Source of the DNA: Nemertoderma westbladi
Taxonomy: Eukaryota > Animalia > Xenacoelomorpha
Assembly: GCA_032718475.1 (NCBI GenBank)
Contig: JAUCBJ010005005.1
Coordinates: 1 to 64,000, forward strand
Reading direction: 5' to 3'
DNA: 64,000 bases
Made by a program: the position numbers and the translations under genes. A model generated the notes under the pieces. The model did no database searches and was not told the origin of the DNA. It saw only the letters and a list, made by a program, of their open reading frames with translations. Each line of letters opens with the position of its first letter. The stretch's first letter is position 1. Positions 13,466-26,700 of the stretch are shown here, piece by piece.

Positions 13466-16400
13466 ATGAGTCAGTCAAGAAAGACGACACCGCCGCGGAC
13501 CCCGGACGGCGATCTAACGATCCGCGAGGCCGCGACGAGACGGTATGCACCCACAACGCCGAACCCATCGAGAACGGGCCATCCGGCGATCCGAGACGAG
13601 GGGGGCCGTCTACAGCGAGAGGACGAGACGGGAAGGAAGAAAGACGAGTCGACGCGGAGCGAGGGTCGACGTACCGATGTCGCCGGCCAGCCACAGGCCG
13701 AGGGCGACGGACGACCCACCGGAACGGCGACGGTGGGGCCGCCGGTACGACGTCGGGCCCGGAGAGACGGAGGAGAGGTCGGCGACGAGGACGTCGGGGT
13801 TTCTGATCGACTTCGACGGGCCTACCTCGCGACCCGGAAGCAACTGAGAGAGGCCAGAGGAAGGGCGAAGATAGACAAGGTGAGATTGACAAGAGGACTA
13901 GGTGAGTCGAGCAGATACTTTGATTACCTAATGCGTTTTGGGCAGAGAGAACTAGCCGAGGAGAGGGCGAGGGGAGTTGCCAACGAACTGATTGAAGTAT
14001 GGGAGTGTAGGGGTATGGAACCTAGCGTAGTGTACGTAGGGCCATACTTAGTCGATGCCCGGGGAGTAAAATTAGTGGGTTGGAAGAGACCTGAGGAGGG
14101 CGAATCCGAGGTTAAACCCGAGGATTCGGTCTCGTCGGTCGGAGGAAGTTCCGGGAGGCGGGGGAAAGTTGGTGGGACGGAGGGGCGACGGGAGTCCGTC
14201 GCAACCGATAAGTCTGCTACATCCTCCGCAAAAGAAAGAAGGGTGCGGGAGATAGGTCTGACGTGTGAATTAGAAACGGTGGCGAATGAGCAGAATGAGT
14301 TAGAGTGGCAATTGAGAGAGAAAACCGCATTGTTGGAGGGAGAAGAAGAGTGGGCGAGGGAGTGTAGAGAGGAAGCCGAGGGGTGTAGAGAGGGAGCCGA
14401 GGAGTGTAGAGAGGCAGCCGAGGAGTGTAGAGAGCGGGAGATGGGAGTAGAGAGCGAGTCGGCGAGGCGGTTGGAGATGACTGCGAGATGGTCAGAGTTG
14501 GAAGAACAGAATATGCGAGAGAGAGAGATAGAGAGTAAGCGCGTGCAGGATGATTTGCGTGCCCAGCTAGAGAGGCTTACACAATATCAAGCCGAACTTA
14601 AACGGCGCCGACTAGAACTGGCGCGGTTGGAGATATCAGAGAGTGAGCCCCCACTTACGGGCACCGGGCGAGAGAACCAGAACTGGTGTAGCCGTACGGG
14701 CGGGGGGGGGGGGGGTAATAGTAGTACGTTAGGAAATGTTAATATTAATAGTACCGTAGTAGATAATCCTAATCCCTTTATTGCAGCAAATAATATTTTA
14801 CCTGGTAGTAGTAATTTAAATTTAAATTCAAATAATAACATTCAATTCAAATAATTCGAATATTAATTTAAATTTTGAAAATAATAATAATCCTAATTTA
14901 ATTAATTTAAATCTCGTTTCAAATTCTAACAATTTAATTGATTTAACAAATAATATTGGGAATGGTGCTATTAATATGAGCGTGTCGGACGTACATAACT
15001 CAGCAGACGAGGGCCTGGTAGGCCACGTAGTTAGTAGGCAGGAAGTGGCAGGGTTGAGCCAACCCGACGGCGGCCTGGTAGGCCACGTAGTTGGTAGGCA
15101 GGAGGTAGCGGGGTTGAGCCAACCCGAAGTGGGCCTGGTGGGCCACGCAGTAGTAGAGAGAGAGGCGGGGGTGAATAGACCCAGCCGTAGTAAAGACAGT
15201 GCGTCGACTAGAGAGGGGTGTAGAGACGAAGTAAGAGATAGTGAAGTTAGATGTGGCGGGTGGGTGGGGGCTACCGGCGCCCCACCACATAAGATTAGTG
15301 GCGAGAGAGGGGGGGCAGAGAATGCCCCACAAGAGGGACGCAAAAGTGTAGTAAGAGATAGTGAAGTTAGAAGTGGCGGGTGGGGGGTGGCTACGGACAC
15401 CCCACCGCGAGAAGTTAGTGGCGAGAGAGGGGGGGCAGAGAATGCCCCACAAGAGGGGTGTAGAAGTGTAGTAAGAGGTAGTGAAGTTAGAAGTGGCGGG
15501 TGGGGGGGGGGGGCTACGGGCACCCCACCGCGAGAGATTAGTAGAGAGAGAGGGGGGGCAGAGAGTGTCCCACAGCCGTCAGCGGATAATGCGCGGGCCG
15601 AATCAGGTAAACCGCAACACCCGGCGACGGAGAGTAATAGGGGGATTGCGAGTATCCCCAGCGGCGTGCGATCGAGCAGAGAGAGGCAGGTTGACGTCGC
15701 GAGAGGGCAGACGAAGCGTCGAGCCCGATCAGAAGAGGGAAGAAGAACAGTGGAGTTTAACCGGGAGGTCGACGAGAGATCTCATGAGCCGGAATACTGC
15801 ACTGAAAAGAGAAGAAGAGGAGATAGTAGAAAAAGTGTCGCCACGAACGATAGGAGTACGATGACGGATAACGGACCGTCGATAGTAGAGATGGAGTTGG
15901 GGAGTCAGTGGGGTCGAACTTCGGGAGATTGCCGTCGCCCCGGAGAAACGCACCGCACGCCAAGAGAGGGGTACAGGACGTACAAATACGAAGTCGAGAA
16001 CAGGAGAGGGGATCGAAGAGAAGCTTCCCGACGGGATATAGCTGCCGATCGAGAGTGCAGTAGTCGCGGGGAGATTCGAGATTCGCGAAGAATAAACTTC
16101 GGTTCGGAAGGGCACATGCAGACTGCAGGACATACTGTAGGCCTTACTGCACATACTATTATAGGCCATGCTGGGAGAGATAGAGTAGGCGATAGGGTAG
16201 CGCGAACGACGGGATTAAACCCGGAAGTCGCGGAGTACATACCGGTAGGTAGGCGAGAGGTAGGTAGGCCTATATCGGTACAGCAGCATGACTATAATAC
16301 ACAGGGACATAACATATATCCAGGGGAGGGGGGAGTTATTGGAGATAGACGTATGGGCCCCAATGTATTAACATCAACCCCAGTACCAAACATACCGGCC

Positions 16401-17267
16401 GGGGGGGGACAGGGTGACATTCCCCCATCACAATATCGACAATATACCCCGATAGGAGCAAGAACATCGAACTCCCTGGACGAGAACAGGTCGTGCGGAC
16501 AGTCACCACCACACGCGGCCGTACAGGGGACTGCTAGTCCACAGTTAGCTGGTAGCAGGGCCACACCGTGGCAGGGACAGAAAGAAAATAACACCATAAA
16601 TAAACACAATCCCAATATACCCAGTAGGCCGAGTCTAGACAACCAAAACATTAAATCGGTACATATAAACCTAAGCGCGATACGTGAAGGACTATACAGG
16701 AAACGCTATAATCCAGGATTCCAATGTCAATTACATCGGGACGGAACCCATAAGACCAGGAGTTGTAAGTACTGGCAAGCGTTGCCCAAACGAGATCGTG
16801 TAGCCTACACAGACGCAAACGGACTATGTCATCGATGTGTGGTAAAAGGACACAGATCCGGAGAGTGTTGGAAAGGGAGAGGATGTGAAAGGACTAAACC
16901 AGGGGCAGAGAAGCCCATTAGCAAACATAAGGGAGTCGGGAAAGTAGGAGGAGGCGTGTTGCATACACACGCAGGACGGACACAGTGCGAGGGGGCATTG
17001 CACGGGCAGACACCGCGTATACCGAGGGACGAGCGGGGGTCGTCGAGGGCTCTAATGCCAGCGCACATACGAAGGGGGAGGCCAGCAAAGGTGGCACCGA
17101 AGAGAGTGTGGCGAAGAGTTAGAGGACGTATAGGAGGGCAGCAGGAGAGTGCCTACTGGAAGAAGGGGCACGTGAGAGTTTTTAGTCGTCCAAAGTTTTG
17201 GACTGAGGGGGGTGGGAATGAGGGCGAGACGCCCTTCCCACGCACAAAATATAAAATAATTATTTAA
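13466..17267 (+). pseudogene. Element C gag-like protein (ORFs 13466-14854 and 14976-17267, joined by a frameshift near 14840)
   Basis: Coiled-coil N-terminal half, Asn-rich linker, 40-aa repeats, BEL-type knuckles CQLHRDGTHKTRSC and CHRCVVKGHRSGEC. No protease, RT or integrase motifs. Confidence 0.7.
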
Positions 17268-17319
17268 TTAGAATTAATGAAAATAATTAAATAATAGAGT
17301 AGGTAGAAGTTAGGTAGTA

Positions 17320-18960
17320 AGAATTAGTTAGTTAGAGGGTGGTACGTAGTACCGCTAGTTAGTTAGAGAGTTAGAGGGTACGTAAGTACCGCTAATTAGT
17401 TAGAGAGTTAGAGGGTACGTAAGTACCGCTAGTTAGTTAGAGTTAGAGGGTATGTAAGTACCGCTAGTTAGTTAGAGTTAGAGGGTACGTAAGTACCGCT
17501 AGTTAGTTAGAGAGTTAGAGGGTACGTAAGTACCGCTAGTTAGTTAGAGTTAGAGGGTACGTAAGTACCGATTAGAGAGTAAGAGTTAGAGGGTACGCAG
17601 TACCGTTAGAGAGTAGGAGTTAAGGGGTACGTAGTACCATTAGAGAGTAAGAGTTAGAGGGTACGTAGTACCGTTAGTTAGTGGAGTTAGAGTAAGAGTT
17701 AGAGGGTACGCAGTACCGTTAGAGAGTAGGAGTTAAGGGGTACGTAGTACCGTTAGAGAGTTAGTAAGAGTAAGAGGGTACGTAGTACCGCTAGCTAGTA
17801 GAGAGAGCTAGAGTAGTAAGAGGGTACGTTGTACCGCTAGCTAGTAGAGAGAGCTAGAGTAGTAAGAGGGTACGTTGTACCGCTAGCTAGTAGAGAGAGC
17901 TAGAGTAGTAAGAGGGTACGTAGTACCGCTAGTTAGGGGTGTTAGTAGTAGCAGTAGAGGGTTGTGGGCACCACGCCACGTAGTTAAGCGCCACGTAGTT
18001 AGAGTTAGTAGGGAATGCGCTGAACTTAGTGGGGCACGGGCGTGATGATGTGTTTGATGTAAGAGCAGGGTATGTTAATTAGGGTGGGTGCCGGGCACAA
18101 GAGGTGCCGGGCACAAAAGGAGTTAGTTGAGTTAGTAGTAGAGTTAGTTGAGTTAGTAGAGAGTTAGTAGAGTTAGAAGGTGCCGGGCACAAGAGGTGCC
18201 GGGCACAAAAAGAGTTAGTAGAGTTAGAAGGTGCCGGGCACAAGAGGTGCCGGGCACAAAAAGAGTTAGTAAGAGTTAGTAGAGAGTTAGTAGAGTTAGT
18301 AGAGTCAGTAGTAGTTCACATAATTAACGTACCCACTCTGCCGGCACTCCAGAGCGTCACGTGTAGGCGAGTAGACGTAAAGGGAGTAGATGCAAAGGAG
18401 GTAAGTTAGAGATAGAGTAGAGTAGCAGGGAGGGCACATAGGGTGCCAAGTAGTAGAGTTAGAGTGTTAGAGGTAGTAGAGAGGGCACATAGGGTGCCAG
18501 GTAGTAGAGTTAGAGAGGTAGTAGTGTAGTAGAGAGGGCACATAGGGTGCCAGGTAGTAGAGCTAGAGAGGTAGTTGAGTAGTAGAAGGGCACATAGGGT
18601 GCCAGATAGTAGAGTGGTTGTGGGCACCGCAAGCGCCACGTAGTTAGAAGAGTGGAGTAGAGTTAGTAGAGCTAGTTAGTAGAGTTAGCAGAGCTAGTGG
18701 AGTAGAGTTAGCAGAGCTAGTGGAGTAGAGTTAGTAGAGCTAGTTAGCAGAGTTAGTAGACTCAGAGGAGTCAAGTAGAGTTAGTAGAAGTAGAAAGTTA
18801 GTAGGAGTTAGTTAGACTTAGTAGAGAGTTAGAGTCAGTAGAAAGTTAGAGGCTCTCAGTTAGAGCTAGAAGTAGTAAGAGTTAGTAGTTAGCAGAGTTA
18901 GTTAGATAGTTAGAGTTAGTAAGCAGTAGGTAGATAGTATGATAGCACAGGGGTAGCATT
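17320..18960 (+). repeat. Purine-rich tandem arrays with embedded short inverted repeats in the element C 3' region
   Basis: (gagggtac-gtaa-gtaccgctagttagttagagtta)n, (ggtgccgggcacaa)n and (gggcacatagggtgcc)n with tagagttag spacers. Confidence 0.9.
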
Positions 18961-19536
18961 AGAGATTAAAGCCATAGGGAGTGACAAGAGAGTGGAGAGG
19001 TGATAGTGCGGAGTGCGGAGAGAGTGGTGTAAGTACTATAGTCATACAACCTTTCTCAATTAGCTACTGGGACTGGGGGGCTAACTGACTATGGCACTAG
19101 GGACAAGACGCCAGACGATTTCACATTTCCTGAGTGCGACGGCACGGAGGGGGGGTGAGATTCGTCAGAAGGGATAAGGTAGTCAAGGAGGGATGGAGTA
19201 ATAGTGCGGAGTGCGAAGAGAGCGTGGGCGCAATTCAAGTGTGGGGGAGGAGAAGTGAGAGGAAGAGTGTGGGACGAGGAGGTCCGGGAGTATGGGAGAG
19301 TTGGAGTAGAGTGGTGAGAGTGTTGGGGAAACAAAAATTGTGTGAGAGAAGCGCACGATCGGCCCGACACGAGACGCCAGAGGGTAGTGACATCATACCC
19401 ATAGGGAGCGGCCTGGAAAGCCGACTCCGAAAAAATATACCCACCCCACACCCGATGCTAGATCGGGATCCAGCGGAATTGTAGCGCACTTTAGTTGGAT
19501 GCTATCTTCTCACCGGGAAGATAGCATGGGGGGGAG

Positions 19537-20066
19537 TGTTAGCTTATCCAATTCCGCTAACACCCCATAAAGTTATAAGCCGATAAGCAATATTGGGAGC
19601 CACGAGATTGGATAATTAACCAACTCGTGCCATCCCAATAAGAGTGGGAAGCAAGCACACAATAAAGGGTCAGGGGCCAAACCCCTAACCCAGAGAGAAC
19701 AGATGGAGTGAACGGGAACACTCCATGTGGTGCCAACAAGGGTATCAACCAATCAGAGGGGGGCAAGGCATCGATTAGGTAGTAATTAGGCCAACCGTGC
19801 AATATAACCAGTAACCCAATATCAGTAATTCAGTTATCTCAGTGCAGTAGTGCTAGCATAGGTTAATTAGTTTAGATAGGGGAGCACGGGACTTTTAGTT
19901 ACCGTATCCCGCCTTCCATATACTATACAATATATCTATATCTTATACCTTTATTATTATACACCGAACTTCAGAACTCATTTTACTTTCATTCACTCTT
20001 TATACACGGCGGGGACGCGTGAACTAAATACCGGATAAATCGGGATCCCTCCTGGATCCCGTCACA
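19537..20066 (+). repeat. Element C 3' LTR
   Basis: Direct repeat of 12875-13404 with 7 substitutions counted by eye. Confidence 0.95.
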
Positions 20067-22086
20067 TTAAATATTGTGTGGTATATGTTTCCACATCTCC
20101 ATATCGTTGTATTCTTTCCTCCTCGAATAACACGTCAAGATTCCAGTGTACTAAACGAGTTTTGATGAATCCATCAAGATTATACGGAGGTATTGTTTCT
20201 TTCTCTATTCTGGAAACATTGTATGGTTTTCGAAATGAGTTTATTTTAACCAACTGATCCAGATGTTTATGCAGTTGTTCGAGTTCGACAAGATCAAGAG
20301 GATTTATGAGTGGCAGAAACCTCAGACTATGTGTAGGATCTTCCGGTTTTACCATGTAATATTGTGTTAGGTTAACGTAATAAGGGTGATCTTTGATCCC
20401 ATAAAACGAGTCCGGTAAAGGTCTAGCGCGTATGTTTACATCGTGTACCATGCGACAGACAAGATCCGCTCTATTGTCCGGAGGTTCAACGAGTATACCA
20501 TCTACACGAGCGGCTTCGATGGGTGGACGTTGCAACATGGGAGCGTCAGCGATAAGCTCTCTAGATCTTAGGTTGATATCAACCGGTTGGGGTTGTATCG
20601 TCGCAAAGAGTTTGTCTCCGAAATGGGGAACCATCGAGGGATGAAGGATGGTTTTAGAGTAGAGATCCGTCATAAGGATTTGAGCTTCGGGTTGAGCTAA
20701 AGCTGCTTCATCTCTCTCATCTAGTTCTATATGTCTCTCCTCGAGCTGATTTTCCTCCGCTTGTTGTTGTAGACGCTCATCTAGGAACTCTTGTAAAGAG
20801 TAGGTTCGTCCACGTTCGATGTCCTCTTCGAGATTTTGTATTTCTCTATCGAACTGGGGTAAAGCTAATTCCTTCACCGCTTGGACTTGTTGTTGCAATT
20901 TATGTTTCTCCAAACAATCGTAAGTTCCTTTTCCTATTTTCTGCCGAATAGCATCTAACACGTTTCGTACGACGCTCTCTTCGACTTCCGTAACGGGTTA
21001 TATCGAGGTGAAGCTGGGACGGTTGTGTGGGTTAAACGGCGATATTAGATGACCGCGTCCCAATCCAGTTAGGTAGGGTTGGCGAATATCTAGTGAGCCT
21101 ACTACCGGAGTACCACCGATCAACTGTTCGGGTAACACTAGATCTTTGAACAGTGAGTACAGTTCGGGAGGATCCGTGATACTATTAGGATCAAGAGTCT
21201 GAGGTCTAACTGAGGAATGAGGAGGTCTGACCGAGTATTCCGGAACTCTGATCATTGGTTTGTTCAAGGATCGTTTGAGTCGAGCGACCGTAGGGGATAC
21301 GTCGAACAGGTTTCGCTCGAAACTCCCATAAGTATATCGTGTAAAACTGTGTTTAGCGCAACGTCTCCGCGGATGTTTATGTCTTTCCGTTTGCTGATTG
21401 GGTCTAGGGCATTCGTCGCAGTAATACCAAAGACGCATGTCCTGCAGGGGAAACGCGGGTGATCGTTCTCCAGTTTTACAATATTCCTCCATCTGTTCGA
21501 AGCTATCTGGGACGACAGGTAGCGGTCGATCGGCGGTAAGATACATCATAGTGAAATAGAGTCGTTTGAGTTCTATCATAGGATCATGATGTATACCTTG
21601 GGGATATCGAGTTTCGAGATTTTGTTGACTGGCAATATTGAGATATGTCTCTCTCAGGAATTCCAGATAATCGTTGAAGTCGCTGCGTTTATCCGGCTCT
21701 TCAACGTCTTCCCTTTTGAGTTTGTTTCGAATAGAGTTCTCGTGTTCTATTCTCGGTTTATTGTTCCGACTCCGCTGGGTATGATATTTAAATAAAACCA
21801 TTTCCCTTTCGGTGTCTACATCGTCCGTATCGTGTAAATCGATAGGATGGCCAGTAGTTAAGAAGTCCATATACGTACCATTACGATGCGTATAGCGAGC
21901 GGTGAACTTTCTATAATCCAATTCACGCGTAAGTTGCTCCTGGGACATTGGCGGTTCGATATAACGACCATCATCCTCCGTAGTAGTTGGACCAGCGTCT
22001 CCGCGTATCAAGCTATCGACACACGCTTGTAAAGGTAGAGTATATCGCTCCCTAATACCGAGATCATCTTCTATCAACTCAGTCAT
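20067..22086 (-). pseudogene. Element B accessory ORF, N-terminal part (TAA at 20998; interrupted by element C)
   Basis: Removing C and one TTAAA restores the frame ...TQYL-KYRDLPNASECATLWHP. Element A has Gln where B has the TAA. YYCDEC...RCAKH matches D YYQCGSC...RCSNH. Confidence 0.75.
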
Positions 22087-23716
22087 ATCTGCTATGAGTT
22101 TATCAATATTATAATGAGTTTATATATTAGGCTAGCGGGCGTCGCTGCCTACCCCTCTTTTGCCCCCGGACAGTGCAAGATCCTCAGCGCCGATGTACCG
22201 TCATCGCTGTGCTTTCGCCAACGATGTAGCTACACAACGACAACGATAACCGGCACAAGTCACTCCACTGTCCGTCCCAAAGGCTTAGATGTACTTCAGG
22301 TTCTTTCTGGAGAGTTAGGGTTACTTTCACAATTGCGACTAGCTACTGTAAACACACTTTAGCAGTAACATTCACCTATGAACGCACAAATTCAACACAA
22401 CTGCCATAAACTGTATACATTCGGGCCATTTGTCCGTTAGTCAGTACCTTCCAGAATGTCACTTTATTTATTATGTATCCTTGGATACTAGCAGTGCGCT
22501 ATTTATTCCCTATGCTATTCAATGGGGCAAGCCTTCTATTGTTCTTTTAACTCACTTCTAATTCTAGCGTGGTTGTTGCCATGGTGACATTATGGAAAGC
22601 TAGCGGTAGAATTAGGGTAATTCTCATGCATACAGATCTGGGATGCTATTTAATAGTAATTCTTTAATTGTCAATATCCTCTCTATATATGATTTTATGA
22701 ATTTTATCGGCTATTGACTATATATTGGAGATTCTCGCACACAAATACACTTAATAGAGTGAATCTCCGCTCCCATGATCTATTAATTAATGGAATTTTG
22801 GGAATGTTATAAATTGTATAAAATGACAATTTATTAAATTCATTGAAATATCTGAATTTAAATTTATTCCCGTAAATTTTATTATTTAATGTTAAATAGA
22901 CACAATTTTATTCCAGAACGTGTCTGGGGACTGGGATCCTTGATTCTAGGAATTTTGTCTTTTTAAGAGTATCGGTAAGTGCTACGATATCTTAATCGAC
23001 TAGAATTTTAAAGGATCTGAATTTGACAGATTTTGTAAATATTAATAATTAATATTTAGGATGGGCACCAGTTTATTCCAGAACTTGTCTGGGGACGTTA
23101 ACCACTGATTCTAGAATTTGTCTTTCAAGTATATCGGTGGGTGCCGCGATATCTTAATCGACTAGAATTACAGATGGTCAAAGGGTTTAACAGCTTTATT
23201 TTGCGTTATACGCTACTGTTAAAAGGACATCACGCTACTATATGTATTATTTAATATACGGTATGAGAGCAATATCGCACGAAGCAATGTCAGTGTGAAG
23301 AGGCAAGTCGTTTCCAAGGTCTACCCAGAGCTTGGTTTAGCCGAGACACGAGGATCTGAATTTTGCATTCCTAATACTCTGCTTACCAATAATACTTAAA
23401 TATAGTAGGAGCTTTATTGTACTTTAATAAGTACGGATATTTCATCTTACTGTAGTCACGTATTTATAATATGATACGGACAGTAAGGAAAGAGAAAAAG
23501 AATTATTTCTCGCCGTCGCACTAAATATAATATATAAGTAATTAAGTAATAAACACTAATATATTGCACTAATCTACTAAATAATCGCTAAATAACATTC
23601 TACTAAATAAAATTAAAGAAAACGATTATAATAAAATTACATAATAATACATACATAATATAAAAAAATAAAAATAAATATAAAATAATATAGTCACACA
23701 CCCACTCCGTATGTTG

Positions 23717-26700
23717 TTACGTTATGGAGTCCCTAGATATTTGTTGGATTAGGGAGGTGGTCGTGGGAAGAGTATCTTGCCTTCCATAGTTTCCGGACAG
23801 TTTTCGGTCTCTTTCCAGTAAATATAAACGACCAGCTGGGCGATTGAGTGGTTGTGTTACTTTCTCCGCTCCCTTGGCCTGTCTAATCTTAGTCGGGTTA
23901 AGGTGGGGAGGCCATTCATCTTCTTTACTTAGGAAGTCGGGTTCACCTAACCAGTCTGGAATATCTGTCAGTTCTTGAGGAGTTGCTCCTCTGGAGGCGA
24001 TGTCGGCTAGATTGATCGTCTCGGGGCAATGTCTCCATTGATCTACATTGGAGTTGATGTCGTCATTATCTGAGGAGTATGGTGTTCCCTCAGTTGGGTC
24101 GTCAACTTCACTGCTCTCCACTTCCCGTTCACTTAATTGATATACCTGTTCTTTTGGTAATCTTTCCATAAGAGTTCTACGAGAAGGGCCAGTAAAGTAC
24201 CAACCTACTCTAGTTCTTCCCGCATAGACTTGTAGTGGTTGCGGTTGAGCAGGCCGTTTCTCCAATGTCTCGAGCGCCTCATGCGCATTTTTGACCGATG
24301 AGTATTTGGACTCCAGGGTAATCGGTGTTGAATCTAGGTATTTCAAGCTGCTGGGTGAAATCGTCCTCATCCCAGTTATAAGGTTCCACTTGGCTGGTCG
24401 CGAAGTTCTTTATCGCTACCATATTTACTGACCTTATGCTGTGTTCTCCTAGTTCATCCTGGGGGGTGGACAACGCGCCTACATAATAATCCGCTATTAC
24501 GGTAGATTTCCAAACCTGCATAATTCCTGACATGTTTAGCTTAGTTCGGAACTTGGGTTGTCCAGCAAAGATGTCTTCGGCTAGTTCTTTGTCGATGAAT
24601 GTTCCTGTGCTACCGGAGTCAAGGAGGGCGTTCACTATATAACTCCTTGTACGTCTGTGGACCCTTAACTGTACTACAGGAAATTCTCGGATTCCTACAT
24701 ATTGGAAGTTGGTGCTTTCCAAGATGGTTGTCTGTCAGAAGTAGTTAGGGGGAGCTCGCTATCGGTGTCCTTTTCATACGTAAGTGCTCGATACACTGCG
24801 GTATTTGTCAGGTAACAGGATTCGTTTTCGTCGGAGAATTCGTCCGTATAGAATCCTTCCATCTCAGAATATTGGTCAGTGTCGTTCACATCACTGAATT
24901 GGACATGTAGTTCGGACTCACTTACCTGACTCGGGCTGTTTCGTTCGAATTCCGTGTGCAACAAGATATGATGTTTTGCGCCGCACTTTGCACACCTTGC
25001 GTCGGAGTAACAGGTTCGCCGTTGGTGTCCTCGTCTGAGGCAATTATAACACAACCGCTTATCCCACATGACTTCACGTCTATCCTTTAATGATTTCTTT
25101 AGGAATTTATCACACATATTCAAACGGTGGCCCCGTCGCACAGCACACATTTTGGTTTGATGTTACTTACCTTATTTTGAATAACATTGTGCACACTCGT
25201 TCTTTCTTCGGACTTTCTCACCTGAATTCTCTTAGGAGACGTAGGAGGAGTTTTTCTTACCTGTTCTCTCCTGTCATTGGTTCGAGACTTGAGTTTACTT
25301 ACCTGTTCTTTAGGCATTTTATTGACATAATAAGATCTTTCAGTGTCTTTCCCGCTATCTTCTCCTTGAGAAGTCTGGCTTTCGCCGTCGTCTATATAAC
25401 ACACTGGTGTTACCTTTCTCCTAGAAACGGGTTTCTCACTTACCTTGTTTTCCGGTGTCTTCTCTCTGGACTGCTTTATGAGCTGTAATTTCACTTCGCC
25501 ATCCAAGAATGACATGAGATCAGCCATGGTAGGGTCTCGTTGTTGTTGTTCCATCATATATATCATTTTCTTGTCCCAGCGTGTACCTACTCCACCCTTC
25601 GGTAAAGTAGAAGCCACTGCTCTAATAACCATAGCACTCTGATACTCATGAGACTTACCTAGCCAATCTAATTGTCTGCAGATCTCCTGAATCTCATCGG
25701 AAAACTCTATAATCCCGCTGCTAATAAACTTTTGGGGCGCTACCAACTTTGCATACAAATACCCAGCTATGTTATTCCTATTACCATACCTGATGTTTAG
25801 TGTATCCCAAACTTGTCTTAATCCGTCTGGATGTCCAATAAACTTTAACGCCATTAACTTGGGAGATCCTTCCAAGCACTCGATGAGGAATCTAAGTTTC
25901 TCTCCATTAGATAGCACAGAGTTCTGTATGTTATCTTTGTAATATTCATTAAAAGGTAACCATTTCATCTCATCTCCATTGAACTTGACTATCTCTCCCA
26001 CCTTTACCGCTTGGCGGGCTTCGGTTCTAGCCATTTGACGCGTAAAACTTTCTTGGGCCATCGTGTTATTTAATATCGAGTTATCGGTATATAAATTTCT
26101 TGGATTATGATCAGGTCTATAGGGAATATCACTATCAACAGGTCTATAATTACCCTTAATAGGGTTTACTATAGGAGTTTCTACTTCGCTAGCAGTATAG
26201 ATGCGTGTAGGCTCCACACCTTGCGCATGAGATACTTCAGACCTAACGGGTTGACATATTGTTACAGAGGGTGGTGATATACCCTTTTGTAAATTTACTA
26301 ATTTATCGCGTTCTAGCGCGATACTTTGCTGCACTTCTTGCAACTCTAACCTACTTTCCTTTACGGTTCCCTTTAACTGTTGAACAGTCCCTTCTAACTC
26401 TCGGACCTGTTGGGAGGAGCGCACTCGATTCTCCTTCATCTCTCCAAGGAGAATGTCCATCCCCCGCCGTCTCTCGTCTACCCAATCAACCGCCGAAGCG
26501 GGATCCGCCAACGTCGTAGCGGGCAGACGAGGGACTACGGGCGATATATCCTTTAAATTTCGCTCGGAGTCCAGGACCGACACTGTTTCAGGGGCTGTTC
26601 CTCTAGGCACAGATAATTTGGTGCTGTGTAAAGGGAATTTAAAGGTGGGTTCTGGGAGCACAGGTGTCTCTATCACCGAAGGGGTGATTTCAAGAACAGG

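Larger units (their letters stand above)
12875..20066 (+). mobile_element. Element C: non-autonomous gag-only LTR element (BEL-like knuckles), 530-bp LTRs, 5-bp TSD TTAAA
   Basis: TG...CA LTRs at 12875-13404 and 19537-20066. ttaaa at 12870-12874 and 20067-20071. PPT gggggggag at 19528-19536. Confidence 0.93.

Noticed and set aside
17341-17927. Hairpin array as CRISPR-like
   Set aside because: Spacers are low-complexity variants of each other, not unique sequences.
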